Positions 44,273-54,900 of a stretch of 64,000 nucleotides of DNA are shown piece by piece (within the stretch, counting starts at the first letter, position 1; every line of letters starts with the position of its first letter). The notes under the pieces are model-generated. The model did not search any database. It was given only the letters and a program-made list of their open reading frames with translations, and was not told the origin of the DNA. Both the position numbers and the translations under genes were made by a program. Source of the DNA: Eledone cirrhosa (lineage: Eukaryota); contig OZ024740.1 of the NCBI GenBank assembly GCA_964016885.1, positions 432,140,001-432,204,000 on the forward strand, read 5' to 3'.

Positions 44273-44348
44273 AGAGCTAAGCCGAGCCGGACAGAGCCAA
44301 GCTAAGCCAAACCAAGCCTAGTTAGACAGAGTCAAAGCAAGCTAAGCT
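44273..44348. repeat. Degenerate pentanucleotide microsatellite (AGCYR-like: GCTAA/GCCAA/GCCGA)
   Basis: gagctaagccgagccggacagagccaagctaagccaaaccaagcc...gcaagctaagc. Confidence 0.7.
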
Positions 44349-44355
44349 GTATAAC

Positions 44356-44601
44356 GTGACACAGAGGAGACTGAGATTAGCTGGACATGCTCACCGACAT
44401 CCAGACTTGACACTGCACTCAGTGCTCCTGTGAGAGCCCCTGCATGGACACACTGGAAGAGGAAGACCAAGGTTAACATATGTTGATGCCCTAAGGACAG
44501 ACACTGGTCTCTTGGAGACGCAAGACATGGCAACGATAATGAGGGACAGAGACCGCTGAAGAGAACTCGTCCATGGATCTCAGGAATTTTACCCGCCCTA
44601 G
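44356..44601 (+). mobile_element. 5'-truncated, decayed RTE-clade non-LTR retrotransposon fragment 1 (C-terminal end of the RT ORF); not in the ORF track
   Basis: Manual translation from 44356: VTQRRLRLAGHAHRHPDLTLHSVLL*EPLHGHTGRGRPRLTYVDALRTDTGLLETQDMATIMRDRDR*RELVHGSQEFYPP*. It has the RRLRxxGH, G-RGRP and DRxxW motifs typical of RTE ORF C-termini, two in-frame TGA stops, and a short TAGA/TA tail after it. Confidence 0.85.
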
Positions 44602-44618
44602 ATAGATATATATAAGTC

Positions 44619-44704
44619 GGCCCCGGAACACCCCTCTGCCATGCTAATCTGATTTCCTAGGTATCGGAAGCTATCCACCACTTCTATAGCACCCACCTGC
44701 ATTT
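44619..44704 (-). mobile_element. Inverted piece of RTE-type reverse transcriptase (FxYLG motif region)
   Basis: Minus-strand translation MQVGAIEVVDSFRYLGNQISMAEGCSGA, inside ORF 44598..44792. EVVDSFRYLG matches the non-LTR RT C-terminal FxYLG block. Confidence 0.85.
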
Positions 44705-44784
44705 GACTTACATATATATATATACAACATACAAAAAATAGTACTACTAGGTAAGTCTGTACACATATTCTATAAAGTCCCCCC

Positions 44785-45347
44785 GAGGCCATAGTATCTA
44801 GAATAAGGATGGGTTGGAAGAAGTTTAGGGCGCTGCTTCCTCTGCTGATGAAGAAGGGTTTCTCCCTGCATACGAAAGGCCGGTTATATGATGCCTATGT
44901 GAGGAGCGCGATGTTGCATGGTAGTGAGACATGAGCAGCAACTGCAGAGGATATGCAACGGCTGGAGAGAAATGAGGCAAGCATGCTCCGTTGGATGTGC
45001 AGTGTAAATGTGCGTGTACGACCCAGCATGAATGTGTTGAGAGAGAAACTGTGTCTGAGAGGGATAGAATGTAGTGTACGAGAGCGGAGACTGAGGTGGT
45101 ATGGACACGTGATGCGCATGGAGGATGACCGATGGGTGAAGAAGTGCCAGGAAATGCCAATTGAAGGAAGACATGGTAGAGGTAGACCACGAAAAACATG
45201 GGCTGAGGTGGTGAGAGCAGATCTCAGATTGCTGAAGCTCACGGTAGAGATGACGAAGGACCGTGACGAGTGGAGAGATGCTGTGCTGAATAGGACCCGT
45301 CCCACCCTTGCAAGCAAGGAAAAGCGGACGTCTGATAATGATGATGA
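44785..45347 (+). mobile_element. 5'-truncated RTE-clade (BovB/RTE-like) non-LTR retrotransposon fragment 2, pseudogenised, with 3' end and (GAT)n tail
   Basis: In frame with ORF 44953..45459: EAIVSRIRMGWKKFRALLPLLMKKGFSLHTKGRLYDAYVRSAMLHGSET*AATAEDMQRLERNEASMLRWMC...RERRLRWYGHVMRMEDDRWVKK...EGRHGRGRPRKTW...KDRDEWR. These are classical RTE post-RT motifs (GSETW, RRLRWYGHVxR, GRGRPRKTW, DRxxWR). The fragment ends in GATAATGATGATGA. Confidence 0.92.
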
Positions 45348-45360
45348 AGTCCAACGGTCA

Positions 45361-45428
45361 TCACCATTAATGATGACATATATATATGTATATCTCCTCA
45401 CCATCAATGATGACATATATATATATAT
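45361..45428. repeat. Two-copy tandem duplication (about 37 bp) containing (TA)n runs
   Basis: tcaccattaatgatgacatatatatat at 45361 and tcaccatcaatgatgacatatatatat at 45398. Confidence 0.85.
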
Positions 45429-45486
45429 CATCATCATCATCATCATCATCATCGTTTAACGTCCATCTTCCACGCTTGCATGGGTT
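45429..45486 (-). mobile_element. Very short 3'-terminal copy of a related RTE LINE (or partner SINE) with (GAT)8 tail, opposite orientation
   Basis: Reverse complement AACCCATGCAAGCGTGGAAGATGGACGTTAAACGATGATGATG... aligns with the fragment 2 end CACCCTTGCAAGCAAGGAAAAGCGGACGTCTGATAATGATGATG (45303-45346). Confidence 0.8.
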
Positions 45487-45666
45487 ATATATATGCTAAC
45501 ATGGATGACATATATATATATATATGCTAACATGGAAAACGTGTTAGCGTGAAAAGATAAGTGTTAAACGGTACTGATATATATAAAGTACACTTATCAC
45601 TGCTGTTTTAACACACTTCTCCCTGCAGAAAATAGTGGCTGATAAAAGGATGATGACGATAAGAAA

Positions 45667-45884
45667 GAGTGAGTGTGAGTGAGTGAGTGAGAGTGAGTAT
45701 GAGTGTGAGTGTGTGAGTGAGAGTGAGTATGAGTGTGAGTATGAGTATGAGTGTGAGTGAGTGTGAGTGAGAGTGAGAGTGAGAGTGAGTGTGAGTGAGA
45801 GTGAGTATGAGTGTGAGTGTGCATGTGTGTGTGTGTGTGTGATGAGTGAGTGTGAGTGAGTGTGAGTGTCAGTGTGTGAGTGAG
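45667..45884. repeat. Compound (GAGT)/(GAGTGT)/(GAGTAT)/(GT)n microsatellite
   Basis: Read directly. It generates the low-complexity His/Thr/Ser ORFs at 45544..45963 and 45597..45926. Confidence 0.95.
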
Positions 45885-45979
45885 CGTAAAAAACATACTT
45901 CTCATCACTGCCATTTTGACATACATTTCTCCAAACTGACATACAGACAGAAAGATATTTCATATTTGAGAAGTCAGTA

Positions 45980-48900
45980 AACAGTTGCTACAGCTTGGGC
46001 AGGTCCACTGAAATAGAACTTGGTTCTAACAGTTGCTACAGCTTGGGCACGTCCACTGAAATAGAACTTGGTTCTAACAGTTGCTACAGCTTGGGCGCGT
46101 CCACTGAAATAGAACTTGGTTCTAACAGTTGCTACAGCTTGGGCACGTCCACTGAAATAGAACTTGGTTCTAACAGTTGCTACAGCTTGGGCACGTCCAC
46201 TGAAATAGAACTTGGTTCTAACAGTTGCTACAGCTTGGGCACGTCCACTGAAATAGAACTTGGTTCTAACAGTTGCTACAGCTTGGGCACGTCCACTGAA
46301 ATAGAACTTGGTTCTAACAGTTGCTACAGCTTGGGCACGTCCACTGAAATAGAACTTGGTTCTAACAGTTGCTACAGCTTGGGCAGGTCCACTGAAATAG
46401 AACTTGGTTCTAACAGTTGCTACAGCTTGGGCACGTCCACTGAAATAGAACTTGGTTCTAACAGTTGCTACAGCTTGGGCAGGTCCACTGAAATAGAACT
46501 TGTTTCTAACAGTTGCTACAGCTTGGGCAGGTCCGCTGATATAGAACTTGGTTCTAACAGTTGCTACAGCTTGGGCATGGCCACTGAAATAGAACTTGGT
46601 TCTAACAGTTGCTACAGCTTGGGCACGTCCACTGAAATAGAACTTGGTTCTAACAGTTGCTACAGCTTGGGCACGTCCACTGAAATAGAACTTGGTTCTA
46701 ACAGTTGCTACAGCTTGGGCACGTCCACTGAAATAGAACTTGGTTCTAACAGTTGCTACAGCTTGGGCACGTCCACTGAAATAGAACTTGGTTCTAACAG
46801 TTGCTACAGCTTGGGCACGTCCACTGAAATAGAACTTGGTTCTAACAGTTGCTACAGCTTGGGCACGTCCACTGAAATAGAACTTGGTTCTAACAGTTGC
46901 TACAGCTTGGGCACGTCCACTGAAATAGAACTTGGTTCTAACAGTTGCTACAGCTTGGGCACGTCCACTGAAATAGAACTTGGTTCTAACAGTTGCTACA
47001 GCTTGGGCACGTCCACTGAAATAGAACTTGGTTCTAACAGTTGCTACAGCTTGGGCACGTCCACTGAAATAGAACTTGGTTCTAACAGTTGCTACAGCTT
47101 GGGCACGTCCACTGAAATAGAACTTGTTTCTAACAGTTGCTACAGCTTGGGCAGGTCCGCTGATATAGAACTTGGTTCTAACAGTTGCTACAGCTTGGGC
47201 ATGGCCACTGAAATAGAACTTGGTTCTAACAGTTGCTACAGCTTGGGCACGTCCACTGAAATAGAACTTGGTTCTAACAGTTGCTACAGCTTGGGCACGT
47301 CCACTGAAATAGAACTTGGTTCTAACAGTTGCTACAGCTTGGGCACGTCCACTGAAATAGAACTTGGTTCTAACAGTTGCTACAGCTTGGGCACGTCCAC
47401 TAAAATAGAACTTGGTTCTAACAGTTGCTACAGCTTGGGCACGTCCACTGAAATAGAACTTGGTTCTAACAGTTGCTACAGCTTGGGCACGTCCACTGAA
47501 ATAGAACTTGGTTCTAACAGTTGCTACAGCTTGGGCACGTCCACTGAAATAGAACTTGGTTCTAACAGTTGCTACAGCTTGGGCACGTCCACTGAAATAG
47601 AACTTGGTTCTAACAGTTGCTACAGCTTGGGCACGTCCACTGAAATAGAACTTGGTTCTAACAGTTGCTACAGCTTGGGCACGTCCACTGAAATAGAACT
47701 TGGTTCTAACAGTTGCTACAGCTTGGGCACGTCCACTGAAATAGAACTTGGTTCTAACAGTTGCTACAGCTTGGGCACGTCCACTGAAATAGAACTTGGT
47801 TCTAACAGTTGCTACAGCTTGGGCACGTCCACTGAAATAGAACTTGGTTCTAACAGTTGCTACAGCTTGGGCAGGTCCACTGAAATAGAACTTGTTTCTA
47901 ACAGTTGCTACAGCTTGGGCAGGTCCGCTGATATAGAACTTGGTTCTAACAGTTGCTACAGCTTGGGCATGGCCACTGAAATAGAACTTGGTTCTAACAG
48001 TTGCTACAGCTTGGGCACGTCCACTGAAATAGAACTTGGTTCTAACAGTTGCTACAGCTTGGGCACGTCCACTGAAATAGAACTTGGTTCTAACAGTTGC
48101 TACAGCTTGGGCAGGTCCACTGAAATAGAACTTGTTTCTAACAGTTGCTACAGCTTGGGCAGGTCCGCTGATATAGAACTTGGTTCTAACAGTTGCTACA
48201 GCTTGGGCACGTCCACTGAAATAGAACTTGGTTCTAACAGTTGCTACAGCTTGGGCACGTCCACTGAAATAGAACTTGGTTCTAACAGTTGCTACAGCTT
48301 GGGCACGTCCACTGAAATAGAACTTGGTTCTAACAGTTGCTACAGCTTGGGCACGTCCACTGAAATAGAACTTGGTTCTAACAGTTGCTACAGCTTGGGC
48401 ACGTCCACTGAAATAGAACTTGGTTCTAACAGTTGCTACAGCTTGGGCACGTCCACTGAAATAGAACTTGGTTCTAACAGTTGCTACAGCTTGGGCACGT
48501 CCACTGAAATAGAACTTGTTTCTAACAGTTGCTACAGCTTGGGCAGGTCCGCTGATATAGAACTTGGTTCTAACAGTTGCTACAGCTTGGGCATGGCCAC
48601 TGAAATAGAACTTGGTTCTAACAGTTGCTACAGCTTGGGCACGTCCACTGAAATAGAACTTGGTTCTAACAGTTGCTACAGCTTGGGCACGTCCACTGAA
48701 ATAGAACTTGGTTCTAACAGTTGCTACAGCTTGGGCACGTCCACTGAAATAGAACTTGGTTCTAACAGTTGCTACAGCTTGGGCACGTCCACTAAAATAG
48801 AACTTGGTTCTAACAGTTGCTACAGCTTGGGCACGTCCACTGAAATAGAACTTGGTTCTAACAGTTGCTACAGCTTGGGCACGTCCACTGAAATAGAACT

Positions 48901-51900
48901 TGGTTCTAACAGTTGCTACAGCTTGGGCACGTCCACTGAAATAGAACTTGGTTCTAACAGTTGCTACAGCTTGGGCACGTCCACTGAAATAGAACTTGGT
49001 TCTAACAGTTGCTACAGCTTGGGCACGTCCACTGAAATAGAACTTGGTTCTAACAGTTGCTACAGCTTGGGCACGTCCACTGAAATAGAACTTGGTTCTA
49101 ACAGTTGCTACAGCTTGGGCACGTCCACTGAAATAGAACTTGGTTCTAACAGTTGCTACAGCTTGGGCACGTCCACTGAAATAGAACTTGGTTCTAACAG
49201 TTGCTACAGCTTGGGCACGTCCACTGAAATAGAACTTGGTTCTAACAGTTGCTACAGCTTGGGCAGGTCCACTGAAATAGAACTTGTTTCTAACAGTTGC
49301 TACAGCTTGGGCAGGTCCGCTGATATAGAACTTGGTTCTAACAGTTGCTACAGCTTGGGCATGGCCACTGAAATAGAACTTGGTTCTAACAGTTGCTACA
49401 GCTTGGGCACGTCCACTGAAATAGAACTTGGTTCTAACAGTTGCTACAGCTTGGGCACGTCCACTGAAATAGAACTTGGTTCTAACAGTTGCTACAGCTT
49501 GGGCACGTCCACTGAAATAGAACTTGGTTCTAACAGTTGCTACAGCTTGGGCACGTCCACTGAAATAGAACTTGGTTCTAACAGTTGCTACAGCTTGGGC
49601 ACGTCCACTGAAATAGAACTTGGTTCTAACAGTTGCTACAGCTTGGGCACGTCCACTGAAATAGAACTTGGTTCTAACAGTTGCTACAGCTTGGGCACGT
49701 CCACTGAAATAGAACTTGGTTCTAACAGTTGCTACAGCTTGGGCACGTCCACTGAAATAGAACTTGGTTCTAACAGTTGCTACAGCTTGGGCACGTCCAC
49801 TGAAATAGAACTTGGTTCTAACAGTTGCTACAGCTTGGGCAGGTCCACTGAAATAGAACTTGTTTCTAACAGTTGCTACAGCTTGGGCAGGTCCGCTGAT
49901 ATAGAACTTGGTTCTAACAGTTGCTACAGCTTGGGCATGGCCACTGAAATAGAACTTGGTTCTAACAGTTGCTACAGCTTGGGCACGTCCACTGAAATAG
50001 AACTTGGTTCTAACAGTTGCTACAGCTTGGGCACGTCCACTGAAATAGAACTTGGTTCTAACAGTTGCTACAGCTTGGGCAGGTCCACTGAAATAGAACT
50101 TGTTTCTAACAGTTGCTACAGCTTGGGCAGGTCCGCTGATATAGAACTTGGTTCTAACAGTTGCTACAGCTTGGGCACGTCCACTGAAATAGAACTTGGT
50201 TCTAACAGTTGCTACAGCTTGGGCACGTCCACTGAAATAGAACTTGGTTCTAACAGTTGCTACAGCTTGGGCACGTCCACTGAAATAGAACTTGGTTCTA
50301 ACAGTTGCTACAGCTTGGGCACGTCCACTGAAATAGAACTTGGTTCTAACAGTTGCTACAGCTTGGGCACGTCCACTGAAATAGAACTTGGTTCTAACAG
50401 TTGCTACAGCTTGGGCACGTCCACTGAAATAGAACTTGGTTCTAACAGTTGCTACAGCTTGGGCACGTCCACTGAAATAGAACTTGTTTCTAACAGTTGC
50501 TACAGCTTGGGCAGGTCCGCTGATATAGAACTTGGTTCTAACAGTTGCTACAGCTTGGGCATGGCCACTGAAATAGAACTTGGTTCTAACAGTTGCTACA
50601 GCTTGGGCACGTCCACTGAAATAGAACTTGGTTCTAACAGTTGCTACAGCTTGGGCACGTCCACTGAAATAGAACTTGGTTCTAACAGTTGCTACAGCTT
50701 GGGCACGTCCACTGAAATAGAACTTGGTTCTAACAGTTGCTACAGCTTGGGCACGTCCACTAAAATAGAACTTGGTTCTAACAGTTGCTACAGCTTGGGC
50801 ACGTCCACTGAAATAGAACTTGGTTCTAACAGTTGCTACAGCTTGGGCACGTCCACTGAAATAGAACTTGGTTCTAACAGTTGCTACAGCTTGGGCACGT
50901 CCACTGAAATAGAACTTGGTTCTAACAGTTGCTACAGCTTGGGCACGTCCACTGAAATAGAACTTGGTTCTAACAGTTGCTACAGCTTGGGCACGTCCAC
51001 TGAAATAGAACTTGGTTCTAACAGTTGCTACAGCTTGGGCACGTCCACTGAAATAGAACTTGGTTCTAACAGTTGCTACAGCTTGGGCACGTCCACTGAA
51101 ATAGAACTTGGTTCTAACAGTTGCTACAGCTTGGGCACGTCCACTGAAATAGAACTTGGTTCTAACAGTTGCTACAGCTTGGGCACGTCCACTGAAATAG
51201 AACTTGGTTCTAACAGTTGCTACAGCTTGGGCAGGTCCACTGAAATAGAACTTGTTTCTAACAGTTGCTACAGCTTGGGCAGGTCCGCTGATATAGAACT
51301 TGGTTCTAACAGTTGCTACAGCTTGGGCATGGCCACTGAAATAGAACTTGGTTCTAACAGTTGCTACAGCTTGGGCACGTCCACTGAAATAGAACTTGGT
51401 TCTAACAGTTGCTACAGCTTGGGCACGTCCACTGAAATAGAACTTGGTTCTAACAGTTGCTACAGCTTGGGCACGTCCACTGAAATAGAACTTGGTTCTA
51501 ACAGTTGCTACAGCTTGGGCACGTCCACTGAAATAGAACTTGGTTCTAACAGTTGCTACAGCTTGGGCACGTCCACTGAAATAGAACTTGGTTCTAACAG
51601 TTGCTACAGCTTGGGCACGTCCACTGAAATAGAACTTGGTTCTAACAGTTGCTACAGCTTGGGCACGTCCACTGAAATAGAACTTGGTTCTAACAGTTGC
51701 TACAGCTTGGGCACGTCCACTGAAATAGAACTTGGTTCTAACAGTTGCTACAGCTTGGGCACGTCCACTGAAATAGAACTTGGTTCTAACAGTTGCTACA
51801 GCTTGGGCACGTCCACTGAAATAGAACTTGGTTCTAACAGTTGCTACAGCTTGGGCACGTCCACTGAAATAGAACTTGGTTCTAACAGTTGCTACAGCTT

Positions 51901-54900
51901 GGGCACGTCCACTGAAATAGAACTTGGTTCTAACAGTTGCTACAGCTTGGGCACGTCCACTGAAATAGAACTTGGTTCTAACAGTTGCTACAGCTTGGGC
52001 ACGTCCACTGAAATAGAACTTGGTTCTAACAGTTGCTACAGCTTGGGCACGTCCACTGAAATAGAACTTGGTTCTAACAGTTGCTACAGCTTGGGCACGT
52101 CCACTGAAATAGAACTTGGTTCTAACAGTTGCTACAGCTTGGGCACGTCCACTGAAATAGAACTTGGTTCTAACAGTTGCTACAGCTTGGGCACGTCCAC
52201 TGAAATAGAACTTGTTTCTAACAGTTGCTACAGCTTGGGCAGGTCCGCTGATATAGAACTTGGTTCTAACAGTTGCTACAGCTTGGGCATGGCCACTGAA
52301 ATAGAACTTGGTTCTAACAGTTGCTACAGCTTGGGCACGTCCACTGAAATAGAACTTGGTTCTAACAGTTGCTACAGCTTGGGCACGTCCACTGAAATAG
52401 AACTTGGTTCTAACAGTTGCTACAGCTTGGGCACGTCCACTGAAATAGAACTTGGTTCTAACAGTTGCTACAGCTTGGGCACGTCCACTGAAATAGAACT
52501 TGGTTCTAACAGTTGCTACAGCTTGGGCACGTCCACTGAAATAGAACTTGGTTCTAACAGTTGCTACAGCTTGGGCACGTCCACTGAAATAGAACTTGGT
52601 TCTAACAGTTGCTACAGCTTGGGCACGTCCACTGAAATAGAACTTGGTTCTAACAGTTGCTACAGCTTGGGCACGTCCACTGAAATAGAACTTGGTTCTA
52701 ACAGTTGCTACAGCTTGGGCACGTCCACTGAAATAGAACTTGGTTCTAACAGTTGCTACAGCTTGGGCACGTCCACTGAAATAGAACTTGGTTCTAACAG
52801 TTGCTACAGCTTGGGCACGTCCACTGAAATAGAACTTGGTTCTAACAGTTGCTACAGCTTGGGCACGTCCACTGAAATAGAACTTGGTTCTAACAGTTGC
52901 TACAGCTTGGGCACGTCCACTGAAATAGAACTTGGTTCTAACAGTTGCTACAGCTTGGGCAGGTCCACTGAAATAGAACTTGTTTCTAACAGTTGCTACA
53001 GCTTGGGCAGGTCCGCTGATATAGAACTTGGTTCTAACAGTTGCTACAGCTTGGGCATGGCCACTGAAATAGAACTTGGTTCTAACAGTTGCTACAGCTT
53101 GGGCACGTCCACTGAAATAGAACTTGGTTCTAACAGTTGCTACAGCTTGGGCACGTCCACTGAAATAGAACTTGGTTCTAACAGTTGCTACAGCTTGGGC
53201 ACGTCCACTGAAATAGAACTTGGTTCTAACAGTTGCTACAGCTTGGGCACGTCCACTGAAATAGAACTTGGTTCTAACAGTTGCTACAGCTTGGGCACGT
53301 CCACTGAAATAGAACTTGGTTCTAACAGTTGCTACAGCTTGGGCACGTCCACTGAAATAGAACTTGGTTCTAACAGTTGCTACAGCTTGGGCACGTCCAC
53401 TGAAATAGAACTTGGTTCTAACAGTTGCTACAGCTTGGGCACGTCCACTGAAATAGAACTTGGTTCTAACAGTTGCTACAGCTTGGGCACGTCCACTGAA
53501 ATAGAACTTGGTTCTAACAGTTGCTACAGCTTGGGCACGTCCACTGAAATAGAACTTGGTTCTAACAGTTGCTACAGCTTGGGCACGTCCACTGAAATAG
53601 AACTTGGTTCTAACAGTTGCTACAGTTTGGGCACGTCCACTGAAAAAGAACTTGGTTCTAACAGTTGCTACAGCTCGGGCACGTCCACTGAAATAGAACT
53701 TCTTTCTAACAGTTGCTACAGCTCGGGCACGTCCACTGAAATAGAACTTGTTTCTAACAGTTGCTACAGCTTGGGCAGGTCCACTGAAATAGAACTTGGT
53801 TCTAACAGTTGCTACAGCTTGGGCACGTCCACTGAAATAGAACTTGGTTCTAACAGTTGCTACAGCTTGGGCAGGTCCACTGAAATAGAACTTGGTTCTA
53901 ACAGTTGCTACAGCTTGGGCACGTCCACTGAAATAGAACTTGGTTCTAACAGTTGCTACAGCTTGGGCACGTCCACTGAAATAGAACTTGGTTCTAACAG
54001 TTGCTACAGCTTGGGCACGTCCACTGAAATAGAACTTGGTTCTAATAGTTGCTACAGCTTGGGCACGTCCACTGAAATAGAACTTGGTTCTAACAGTTGC
54101 TACAGCTTGGGCACGTCCACTGAAATAGAACTCGGTTCTAACAGTTGCTACAGCTTGGGCACGTCCACTGAAATAGAACTTGGTTCTAACAGTTGCTACA
54201 GCTTGGGCACGTCCACTGAAATAGAACTTGGTTCTAACAGTTGCTACAGCTCGGGCAGGTCCACTGAAATAGAACTTGGTTCTAACAGTTGCTACAGCTT
54301 GGGCACGTCCACTGAAATAGAACTTGGTTCTAACAGTTGCTACAGCTTGGGCACGTCCACTGAAATAGAACTTGGTTCTAACAGTTGCTACAGCTTGGGC
54401 ACGTCCACTGAAATAGAACTTGGTTCTAACAGTTGCTACAGCTTGGGCACGTCCACTGAAATAGAACTTGGTTCTAACAGTTGCTACAGCTCGGGCACGT
54501 CCACTGAAATAGAACTTGTGTCTAACAGTTGCTACAGCTTGGGCAGGTCCACTGAAATAGAACTTGGTTCTAACAGTTGCTACAGCTTGGGCACGTCCAC
54601 TGAAAAAGAACTTGGTTCTAACAGTTGCTACAGCTTGGGCACGTCCACTGAAATAGAACTTGTTTCTAACAGTTGCTACAGCTTGGGCAGGTCCGCTGAT
54701 ATAGAACTTGGTTCTAACAGTTGCTACAGCTTGGGCATGGCCACTGAAATAGAACTTGGTTCTAACAGTTGCTACAGCTTGGGCACGTCCACTGAAATAG
54801 AACTTGGTTCTAACAGTTGCTACAGCTTGGGCACGTCCACTGAAATAGAACTTGGTTCTAACAGTTGCTACAGCTTGGGCACGTCCACTGAAATAGAACT

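Noticed and set aside
44342-45452. Minus-strand ORFs 44342..44533, 44825..45199, 44884..45354 and 44895..45452
   Set aside because: Antisense shadows of the RTE fragments and the (CAT)n tail, with no recognisable motifs.
44953-45459. 168-aa ORF as a functional CDS
   Set aside because: It is the C-terminal remnant of a LINE ORF downstream of an in-frame TGA, lacks the endonuclease and catalytic RT core, and reads on into microsatellite.
45544-45963. His/Thr/Ser-rich ORFs
   Set aside because: Translation of the GAGT/GT compound microsatellite.
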